Shown here piece by piece: positions 17,450-24,551 of a stretch of DNA of 64,000 nucleotides. A program made the translations under genes and the position numbers. The notes under the pieces are model-generated. The model did no database searches. It was not told the origin of the DNA and worked only from the letters and a program-made list of their open reading frames with translations. Origin of the DNA: Vicinamibacterales bacterium (GTDB lineage Bacteria; Acidobacteriota; Vicinamibacteria; Vicinamibacterales; UBA2999); contig JBFWOG010000006.1 in NCBI GenBank assembly GCA_050250645.1, positions 34,387 to 98,386 on the forward strand, in the 5' to 3' direction. Numbering within the stretch: position 1 is the first letter of the stretch; each line of letters starts with the position of its first letter.

Positions 17450-17599
17450 ATGGACGAATTGCCCGAGCCGGTACCGGAACGGCTCTACGACTTGGCCGAC
17501 CTGGTGATCGACCTCGAGGAGCTGGGCCGGGTCAAGCCCGCCCTCGTGGCAGCCGTGGGCCGGTTGGTCCGCAATGCGCTCGAGGAGGCGGGACGGTGA
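17450..17599 (+). CDS. Small hypothetical protein (49 aa, frame 2)
   Basis: MDELPEPVPERLYDLADLVIDLEELGRVKPALVAAVGRLVRNALEEAGR has strong third-position GC. An alternative TTG start lies at 17435. Confidence 0.4.
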   Translation: MDELPEPVPERLYDLADLVIDLEELGRVKPALVAAVGRLVRNALEEAGR

Positions 17600-17701
17600 G
17601 CCGGCTGCAGGCGGGCGCCATCTGGGTACGCGCTCGGGGCCAACCGGAAGAACGGGCACCGGCTCAACGCTCAGGACAAGCGGCACGCGATCCTACTGGC
17701 G

Positions 17702-18007
17702 TTGCAGACGTGGCCGGACAAGAGCCAGAACGACATCGCCGCGCAGATCGGTTGCTCGCAACGGCACGTATCGACTGTGCGAGCCGAGGTTAGAACTACT
17801 TCTAACCTGCCCGATCGCGTGACCGGCAAGGACGGCAAGAGCTACCCGGCCAGCCGATCGACACCCGCGCCGGACTCGCCGCAGGTGACCGCGCCAGCGC
17901 CCACGCCGGACGGGCGCCTCGACAAGTCCCGCGGGCCGCGCGCGCGTCTTCGAGCGCCAGCGCCCCCGATGACCGCGACGGCATCGTCAACGACGTCGGC
18001 CGCATAG
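17702..18007 (+). CDS. ParB/KorB-like HTH protein (possibly truncated or frameshifted at its 5' end)
   Basis: The same frame reads GANRKNGHRLNAQDKRHAILLALQTWPDKSQNDIAAQIGCSQRHVSTVR from about 17624. The first canonical start in that frame is the TTG at 17702. Confidence 0.5.
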   Translation: MQTWPDKSQNDIAAQIGCSQRHVSTVRAEVRTTSNLPDRVTGKDGKSYPASRSTPAPDSPQVTAPAPTPDGRLDKSRGPRARLRAPAPPMTATASSTTSAA

Positions 18008-18059
18008 GACCACCACGGGCGGGCGCTGGGCAGGGCCGGCGCTCGCCTTTGTTCGTCGT

Positions 18060-18078
18060 TGCACCCCTATTGCACCCC
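18060..18078. repeat. 19-bp repeat TGCACCCCTATTGCACCCC (copy 2), putative integrase arm-type site
   Basis: Identical to 8923-8941 and in the same orientation. It ends 70 bp inside the right att repeat. Confidence 0.6.
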
Positions 18079-18087
18079 AGACGCGAG

Positions 18088-18115
18088 CAGGGCGCCGATT
18101 GGTGTCGGCGCCCTG
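18088..18115 (+). terminator. Intrinsic-terminator-like hairpin (11-bp perfect stem CAGGGCGCCGA / TCGGCGCCCTG, 6-nt loop) followed by a T-rich tract
   Basis: Read directly. It is followed by GCTTGTAAGTGCTTTGTTTTGAGTGCTTT, an AT-rich patch that is unusual in this window. Confidence 0.45.
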
Positions 18116-18147
18116 GCTTGTAAGTGCTTTGTTTTGAGTGCTTTAGA

Positions 18148-18194
18148 TGGTGGACGGCGCGGGGCTCGAACCCGCGACCTCCGCGTTGCGAACG
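18148..18194. repeat. att repeat (right): the 3' 47 nt of the intact tRNA-Ala
   Basis: Identical to 8759-8805. Confidence 0.9.
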
Positions 18195-18223
18195 CGGCGC
18201 TCTCCCAACTGAGCTAGCCGCCC
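18148..18223 (-). tRNA. tRNA-Ala (anticodon CGC), CCA encoded
   Basis: Hand-folded from the reverse complement GGGCGGCTAGCTCAGTTGGGAGAGCGCCGCGTTCGCAACGCGGAGGTCGCGGGTTCGAGCCCCGCGCCGTCCACCA. It has a 7-bp acceptor stem with a G3:U70 wobble, anticodon loop TTCGCAA, and T-loop TTCGAGC. Confidence 0.9.
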
Positions 18224-18273
18224 CTTGTGGGGCTCCCCGGACGACGTCCGTCAGGGGCACACAAACAACGATT

Positions 18274-19260
18274 TTACCACAAGTCGTGCGCCGGGCCGAG
18301 CCAGGCGTGCAGGGTGTACTCGGCGCGCACGTAGTGCGCCCCCACGGCCTCGTAGATCCGCACCGTCGGGAAGTTGTAGTTCTGCGTCTGGCACTCCGCG
18401 ACGCCGCCGCGCTCGTGGGCCCAGACCGTGCCGGCCCGGATCAGACCGACGTAGGCGCCCGGGGTGTCGCGGCGGCATGCGCCGAGGCCGCCGCCGAACA
18501 CGACGTGCCCGCCCACCGTCGACACGGGCTCGCGGCGCCGGAAGGCGAGGAAGCCGAGCACGCGGCCCTGCGGGCCCTCGGATACGAGGACCATGTCGGC
18601 CATGCGCGCGCCGATGCACTGCCGCGCCCACTCGACGTAGAGCTCGTCGGACCGCGTGTCGGGGATGTTGGGATCCAGGTGGAACCGTCCCCGGAATCCC
18701 TGGTAGGCCTCGCGCGCGATGTCGACGATCGCCGGTCCGTCCTCGGGACGGAACGGCCGGATCGTGCCGACCTCCCGGACGTCGAGCGGCTGGTCCTTGC
18801 CCGGCCGGGTGACGTAGGTCACGAGCGAGTCCATGAGGCGGAACCCGTGCGTCTCGAGCAGGCCGACCGTGAAGAGGTCCGCCACGTCGGCGCGCGCCGT
18901 GAGGTGCCACACGCCAGCCTCCCGGCACGCCTCGACGAGCTCGGTGAGGGCGGCGTCCACCAGGGCGCGCGGCGGCGGCTCGGTGCTGAGGAGGTACTCG
19001 ACGCGGCCCATCGGGACGCCGAAGAACTGGCTGTCCCAGTCGAGGCGCCGGTACACCAGGGCCACCTGCGCCGGGCCGTCCTCCGCGAGGAAGACGAGCC
19101 CATCGTCGTGGGCCAGCGTCTGGCTGATCTCCTCCCGGAGCACGGCATCCTGCGCCTTGCGCGGGAGCATCCGGTAGTTCCGGTACGGCTTGAACGGGTA
19201 GGCGGCGATGAGCGGATCGAGCAGCTGCTGATCGCCCGGGTCGAGGCGGCGGACCGTCAC
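18274..19260 (-). CDS. GNAT-family N-acetyltransferase, two-domain (WecD-like)
   Basis: RPFRPEDGPAIVDIAREAY...VLGFLAF...GAYVGLIRAGTVWAHERGGVAECQTQNYNFPTVRIYEAVG is a GNAT-like pattern. The GTG start at 19260 overlaps the upstream stop (GTGA). The longer track ORF (to 19908) is a shadow extension. Confidence 0.7.
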   Translation of the reverse strand: MTVRRLDPGDQQLLDPLIAAYPFKPYRNYRMLPRKAQDAVLREEISQTLAHDDGLVFLAEDGPAQVALVYRRLDWDSQFFGVPMGRVEYLLSTEPPPRALVDAALTELVEACREAGVWHLTARADVADLFTVGLLETHGFRLMDSLVTYVTRPGKDQPLDVREVGTIRPFRPEDGPAIVDIAREAYQGFRGRFHLDPNIPDTRSDELYVEWARQCIGARMADMVLVSEGPQGRVLGFLAFRRREPVSTVGGHVVFGGGLGACRRDTPGAYVGLIRAGTVWAHERGGVAECQTQNYNFPTVRIYEAVGAHYVRAEYTLHAWLGPAHDLW

Positions 19261-20207
19261 GGGGCGTCTCCCGGTCCGGGTTCGTGGACCCGGCGCACGA
19301 GGTAGAAGGGGCGCCCGGAACTCTGGCGGTAGATCCGCTGGACGTAGTCCCCGGCGAGGCCGAAGAGCGAGACGAGCAGCGCCTGGATTGCCAGGCTGGC
19401 GAGCACGAACACGACCGGCAGGGGCACGCGGCCGGCGGCGGAGAACGCGGCGGCGGCGAGGGCGGCCACGCCGAGCAGCGCGGCGAGGGCGCCGGCGCCC
19501 AGGAAGACCCAGGCGAACACGTCGCCGAGCGCGTTGACGAAGAAGTCCATGAACAGGCGGACGAGCCGCCCGCTCGAGTAGGACGACCCCGGGCGCTTCT
19601 GGGGACGCGGCCGGTGCTCGATCTCCACCTCGGTGACCCGCCGCGCGACGCGGACGGCGAGCGGCTTGAGGAAGCGCCGCAGCTCGCCGAAGGCCGAGAG
19701 ACTCCGGGCCACGTCGTCGGTGAAGGCATTCAGCGGGCAGCCGATGTCGGTCAACTCCACGCCGGCGAGCCGCGTGACGATTGCCGTCGTCGCGCGCGAG
19801 AAGACCTGCCGGGCGGCCGGGTCCTGGCGGTTGCGCCGGATGCCGCTCACGAGGTCGTAGCCCTGGGTGAGCGGCTCGATGAGGCGCGGGATGTCCGCCG
19901 GGTCGCACTGCAGGTCGACGTCCAGGGTGACGAGGTAGCGCCCGCGGGCCGCCTCGAAGCCCGCGGTGAACGCGGCGTGCTGGCCGAAGTTGGCCGCGAG
20001 CTCCACGATGCGGACGCGGGGGTCGTCGGCCTGCGCGCGGAGCAGCGCCTCCACCGTGCGGTCGGTGGACCCGTCGTCCACGTAGATCACCTCCGCCCCG
20101 CCCGCCAGTCGGTCGAGCACGGGCGACAGGGCCGCCTGGCAGGCGGGCACCAGGTCCGCGCCGTTCAGCACGGGGACGACGACGGAAACGAGGGGGCGGT
20201 CAGTCAA
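19257..20207 (-). CDS. GT2 polyprenyl-phosphate glycosyltransferase (ArnC/GtrB/DPM1-like) with C-terminal TM helices
   Basis: VSVVVPVLNGADLV...VIYVDDGSTDRT...NFGQHAAFTAGFEAARGRYLVTLDVDLQ..., with two C-terminal hydrophobic helices. Confidence 0.8.
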   Translation of the reverse strand: MTDRPLVSVVVPVLNGADLVPACQAALSPVLDRLAGGAEVIYVDDGSTDRTVEALLRAQADDPRVRIVELAANFGQHAAFTAGFEAARGRYLVTLDVDLQCDPADIPRLIEPLTQGYDLVSGIRRNRQDPAARQVFSRATTAIVTRLAGVELTDIGCPLNAFTDDVARSLSAFGELRRFLKPLAVRVARRVTEVEIEHRPRPQKRPGSSYSSGRLVRLFMDFFVNALGDVFAWVFLGAGALAALLGVAALAAAAFSAAGRVPLPVVFVLASLAIQALLVSLFGLAGDYVQRIYRQSSGRPFYLVRRVHEPGPGDAP

Positions 20208-22212
20208 GCGGTTCGATGCTCAGGCGATAGATGGCGACGGGCCAGGGGCGCGAGCCGAGGCGCTGGCCGATGGGGCCGGGCGGGCGCGAGTCCGCGGGGT
20301 CGAGCCGGCTGACGCCCTCGCTGACGATGGCCACCCGATTGTAGCCCCGCCGCCAGACGCGGCCAAAGGCGTCCGCGGGGACGACCAGGCGGGCCGTCGT
20401 CGGCTCCGTGGCGCCCGCCACGAACTCGCCGACGCGGTGGCCGTTCACCTCGAGCCCCAGCCGCGCGACGACGGCGGGTTCCTCGAAGCGCGTCCGTGCC
20501 CGGACCTCGATGGCCACGGGCCGCCCGGCAGGCAGGTCGAGCGGGACCGCGAGCGTCGCCGGGGTGCCCCCGAGCCACCACGACGCGCCCCAGGTGTCGC
20601 CGCCGGGCGCCTCCCAGCCGTCCAGGAGGAAGCGGTCCGCCCGGCGATCCAGTGCGAGGTCGAGCGCCGGGCGGAGCGGCTCGGTCGACAGGAGGTCGTA
20701 GCGGTCGATGGGCAGCCCTTCGCGCCAGGCGAACCACGCGTTGGCAGGGAACGCCCAGGGATAGAAGTAGGGCGACCGGGTGTGGAGCTCGGCCTGCTGG
20801 CGCACCAGCTGCCCGAAGGCGACCGGTCCGTCCTTGGGCAGCATGTCCGCCGTGTACTGGACCATCAGCAGGTGGTTCCAGACGAGCGCCGCCGCGACGA
20901 GCGGGGCCAGCGCCGCGAGCGGCCGGCGACGCACCCAGTCGATCGCCATGGCGAGACCCGGGGCGAGGAGCACCAGCGTGCTGGTGAAGCGGCGTCCGCC
21001 GAACGACCAGCCGCCCGCCCAGTCCTCGGCGGCGCCGTTGACCCAGGCCATGCCCGCCAAGACGACGAGCGCGGTGGCGGCCCAGCGCCAGTCGCGCCGG
21101 ATGTACGCGACGGTCCCGACCACCGCGATGTACGCGACCGGGGTCCACGAGAGGAAGCCGTGCCACGAGGAGAACAGGACGTCGAGGATGCGGCTGTTGC
21201 CGAAGGCGAGGTACCCGCCGTCGCCCGCGACGCGGAACGGGTAGAGCGAGAGGAGGATCCACGTGTGGACACCCTGCATCAGCAGGAAGGGGAGGGCGCC
21301 GAGGAGCGCCCATCCCGCGAGGCGCAGCGCGCCGCCAATCCGCTCGCCTCGCGACCCCGGGGCGCTGAGGGCCAGGAGACCCGGGTAGAGGGCGAAGAGC
21401 GCCTCCTGCGGACGCGCGAGGAAGGCGAGCCCGATGAGCGCGCCGAGCGCGACGGCCTGGCGCGGGGTGGGGCCGGGGACCCACCGGTCCGCCTGCACCA
21501 CGAAGAGGGCCACGAGGCCGAACGACGCCGCGTGCGTCATCGACGGCTCGTAGACCATGTACCAGAACAACGGTGTGGCGCCGAAGAGGAGCAGGCTGGC
21601 GAGGGCCGCCACGCCCGGCTCGAAGTCGCGGCGGAGGCGTGCGTGGATGGCCGCGAGGCCCGCGGCGCCGGCCGCGAACGACGTGAGGAGCACGGCCCTG
21701 ACATAGGGCAGGCCCAGGCCGGCCGCGGTGGGATCCCCGGGCGCCGCCCACGCGCCGACCGCGCGCCCCGCCGCGTCGATGACGGCGACGATCCCGTAGA
21801 GCGGCAGCCAGAGCAGGGTCGGGCCGATCGGCACGACGTAATGCGGGCGCGGCGGCTGGCCGAGGACGGCGAATTCCCGGGCCACGTCGAGGTCGCCGTC
21901 GAAGAGCACGCTGCGCAGCTGCGAGAAGTAGATCGCGCCGTCGCTCGTGATGCCGTGCGTGTCGGCGAGCAGGACGCCCACGCCGTACAGCAGCGCGAGC
22001 GCCAGCGCGTGCGCGTCGGCGGTGGCGACGACGAACGGCCACCAGCTGTCGCCCGCGCGCCGCGCCGCGGTGAGCGAGCCGGCGGCGACGAGGGGAAGGC
22101 CGCTGGCGACGATGAGCCAGGTGGAAGGGTGGGCGGGCTGCAGGATGAGCCATGCCAGCCAGGCGGCGGCGATCGCGCCCGTCATGCGCCCCGGCAGAGT
22201 TGCTGCGGGCAT
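20200..22212 (-). CDS. Large polytopic membrane protein, GT-C-fold glycosyltransferase-like (ArnT/PMT-type), putative
   Basis: About 10 or more predicted TM segments are followed by a soluble C-terminal domain. Its stop overlaps the GT2 start by 8 nt. The family assignment is by architecture and context only. Confidence 0.5.
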   Translation of the reverse strand: MPAATLPGRMTGAIAAAWLAWLILQPAHPSTWLIVASGLPLVAAGSLTAARRAGDSWWPFVVATADAHALALALLYGVGVLLADTHGITSDGAIYFSQLRSVLFDGDLDVAREFAVLGQPPRPHYVVPIGPTLLWLPLYGIVAVIDAAGRAVGAWAAPGDPTAAGLGLPYVRAVLLTSFAAGAAGLAAIHARLRRDFEPGVAALASLLLFGATPLFWYMVYEPSMTHAASFGLVALFVVQADRWVPGPTPRQAVALGALIGLAFLARPQEALFALYPGLLALSAPGSRGERIGGALRLAGWALLGALPFLLMQGVHTWILLSLYPFRVAGDGGYLAFGNSRILDVLFSSWHGFLSWTPVAYIAVVGTVAYIRRDWRWAATALVVLAGMAWVNGAAEDWAGGWSFGGRRFTSTLVLLAPGLAMAIDWVRRRPLAALAPLVAAALVWNHLLMVQYTADMLPKDGPVAFGQLVRQQAELHTRSPYFYPWAFPANAWFAWREGLPIDRYDLLSTEPLRPALDLALDRRADRFLLDGWEAPGGDTWGASWWLGGTPATLAVPLDLPAGRPVAIEVRARTRFEEPAVVARLGLEVNGHRVGEFVAGATEPTTARLVVPADAFGRVWRRGYNRVAIVSEGVSRLDPADSRPPGPIGQRLGSRPWPVAIYRLSIEPLD

Positions 22213-22259
22213 CGAAACCGCTACAGCTTAGCGTACTGCCGCCGGCCCGCGGCCCGCCG

Positions 22260-24482
22260 TCAGGGCACCACGACGACGACGTCGTTCGAGGGCACGCTCG
22301 CGCCGCAGGCATTCACCGCGCGGACGCGCACGAAGTACGTCCCGGACGGGGCCGTGGCCGAGAACTGCGGCGCGGTCGTCCCCGTCGGGATGGTCGCCAG
22401 GTCAGCCAGCCCGCCGGCCGAGCCGACCTCCACGAGGTAGCCGGTCACGGGCTGGATGAGGCTCGTCACCGTCCAGTGCAGCGAGACGAACGCGCCGGAT
22501 ACGGTCGCCGCGAGCGCCGCGGGCGGCACCGGCGTGGCCGTGCACGTCGGCGCGTCCGCGATGGTGAAGGCGACCTCCGGGGAGGCCGCGCTGGTCCCGC
22601 CGGCGTTCGCCGCCCGCACCCGCGCGTAGTACGTGCCGAGGCCGACGCCGGTCGCCGTGATGGCGCGGGCCGTGGAGCCGGTGTCGTACTGGACGAGGTC
22701 GCTGGCGCCGGGAGCCGAGCCGACCTCCACGATGTACTTCGTGGGCGCCGGGCTCGCGGTCGAGATGTTCCACGCGAGCGTGACGGACCGCCCCGAGACG
22801 GTCGCGCGCACGTCCACCGGCGGGGTCGGCGGGAGGCCGGCGGGCTGGCCGACGGTGAAGCTCACCTCCGCCGACGAGGGGCCGGCGCCGCTGCCGGTGA
22901 GCGCCCGGACGCGGGCGATGTACCCACCGTCGGGCAGCGTGGTGGCATAGCTCGTGGTGAGGCCAAGGTCCACGGTCGCGACCACCGTGTTCGTGCTGGC
23001 CTGCGCGAACTCGACCCGGTAGCCCACGGGAGTGCCGCCAGATGCCGGGGCGGCCCACGACACCTGCACGGCGTTGCCGGTCACCACGACGGCGACATTG
23101 CCCGGCGCGGCACTGCCCGAGGCCAGGGCGGCGGCGGCCTGGTCGACCCGGATGCGCGGAAAGGACAGGCCGCTGCCCGCGTCCTGCACCGCGAGCCCGG
23201 TGTTCCTGAGGGCCGCCAGGACGTCGTTGACCGAGGCGCCGGGCGAGCGGCTCTTGAGCAGTGCCCACGCCCCCGCGACGTGGGGGGCGGCCATCGAGGT
23301 GCCACTGAACGCCGCGTAGGTGCCGACGCCGGGGACCGCGGACGTGATGGCGGACCCGGGCGCGAGCAGCGCGAGCAGCGACGAGCGGTTGGTGAACGAC
23401 GAGACCACGTCGGCCTTGGTCGTCGATCCGACGGCGACGGCCGTCGACACGCAGGCGGGCGACGAGATCGCGTTGGTGTAGCCCTCGTTGCCCGAGGCCA
23501 CCGTCGTCGCGATGCCGACCGACCGCAGGTTGTCGACGGCGAGCTTGAACGTCGAGTTGTCCGTGTCGCAGGCGGCGGTGTACTGGCCGCTGCCGAGGCT
23601 CAGGTTCACCGCGGCCACGCGGTTGGCGTTGCCGGCGCCGGCGAGGACGAGGACGCGCTCGAGCGCGCGAATCTGGTCGCTCTGGTAGCTCAGCACGCAC
23701 GTGGCATTCGGCGCGCAGAGCGTGGGATTGGCGAAGATGCTGAAGACCTGCATCGCGATCAGGCTGGCGCCGCGCGCGACACCGGAGCGGGCCGCCGAGC
23801 GCCCGACGGCGATGCCGGCGACGTGCGTCCCGTGCTCGCACCCGGCGATCGCGGTCGAGCAGTTCGCCCCCGACCCGGCGGCGGTCGAACTCGAGGCACC
23901 GCCGGGGCACGCCGACGTTGCCCCCTGGGCCGACACGGTCGACGAGAAGCAGCCCTCCGCCACGACCTTGCCGCTGAAGAACTCGTGCGCCGTGTCCACG
24001 CCCGTGTCGAGGACGGCGACCGACCAGCCCGCGCCCTCTGTCCCCTGGGCCCAGAGCGTGGTCGCGCCGATGAGGGCCGTGCTCTCGGTCAACAGCGGGC
24101 GGGCCAGCCGGTCTTCCTCGACGGCGACGACGGCGGGCTCGGCGGCGAGCCGGGCGAGGCCGCTGGCGCCGACGGTGGCGGCGAAGGCCGGGAGCGTCTG
24201 GAACCGCGCGATGTCGGAAAGGACCGGCCCGAGCGCGTCGATGACGACGCGCTGCGCGGCCGCGACGCTGGCGCGCTGGCCGGCGACCGCGTCGGCCGCC
24301 AGTGAGCCCTCGGGAGCGACCGGCACCGCGAGCCGCACGATGACGCGCACCGGGCCCGCAGCGGCCTGCGCGACGAGCGTGGGCGAGACGCGGCCGGGCG
24401 CCTGCGCGTGGCCATGCGGGGCGGCCCAGCCGAGCGCGGCCAGCAGGACGAGGACGATCGGGAGCGCGCGGTGACGGGACAT
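22260..24482 (-). CDS. Secreted S8 subtilisin-like serine protease with 3 C-terminal Fn3-like modules
   Basis: Signal peptide and an I9-like propeptide. The triad motifs are VAVLDTGVD, CEHGTHVAGIA and SGTSMAAPHVAGAWALL. Three repeats follow of the type VSG..V.L.W...Y.VE.GS..G..DLA...GTYY.RVRA.N..G. Confidence 0.85.
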   Translation of the reverse strand: MSRHRALPIVLVLLAALGWAAPHGHAQAPGRVSPTLVAQAAAGPVRVIVRLAVPVAPEGSLAADAVAGQRASVAAAQRVVIDALGPVLSDIARFQTLPAFAATVGASGLARLAAEPAVVAVEEDRLARPLLTESTALIGATTLWAQGTEGAGWSVAVLDTGVDTAHEFFSGKVVAEGCFSSTVSAQGATSACPGGASSSTAAGSGANCSTAIAGCEHGTHVAGIAVGRSAARSGVARGASLIAMQVFSIFANPTLCAPNATCVLSYQSDQIRALERVLVLAGAGNANRVAAVNLSLGSGQYTAACDTDNSTFKLAVDNLRSVGIATTVASGNEGYTNAISSPACVSTAVAVGSTTKADVVSSFTNRSSLLALLAPGSAITSAVPGVGTYAAFSGTSMAAPHVAGAWALLKSRSPGASVNDVLAALRNTGLAVQDAGSGLSFPRIRVDQAAAALASGSAAPGNVAVVVTGNAVQVSWAAPASGGTPVGYRVEFAQASTNTVVATVDLGLTTSYATTLPDGGYIARVRALTGSGAGPSSAEVSFTVGQPAGLPPTPPVDVRATVSGRSVTLAWNISTASPAPTKYIVEVGSAPGASDLVQYDTGSTARAITATGVGLGTYYARVRAANAGGTSAASPEVAFTIADAPTCTATPVPPAALAATVSGAFVSLHWTVTSLIQPVTGYLVEVGSAGGLADLATIPTGTTAPQFSATAPSGTYFVRVRAVNACGASVPSNDVVVVVP

Positions 24483-24551
24483 CGCGGAACCTCGAGCCGG
24501 GGAGCTCGGGGCCGATGATAACCCGCCAGGGGCCGGAAGGGACGTGCGCCG

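Larger units (their letters stand above)
8759..18194. mobile_element. Integrated element (9,436 bp) in tRNA-Ala(CGC); phage-satellite-like island
   Basis: It is flanked by perfect 47-bp direct repeats. It carries an integrase, an Xis-like HTH, a replication protein, a capsid-like gene and a small terminase. AT-richer patches sit at both inner ends. Confidence 0.8.

Noticed and set aside
17597-17599. The in-frame TGA between two coding-looking frame-2 segments read as selenocysteine or read-through.
   Set aside because: I see no SECIS-like hairpin immediately downstream. The flanking sequences do not resemble a single known protein. A GTGA start/stop overlap plus a nearby indel is a simpler explanation.
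17287-17793. A single 168-aa gene, as listed in the ORF track.
   Set aside because: Third-position GC supports this frame only up to about 17433. Downstream the frame reads as Arg/Gly/Pro-rich shadow sequence, while frame 2 carries the coding signal and a recognisable HTH.
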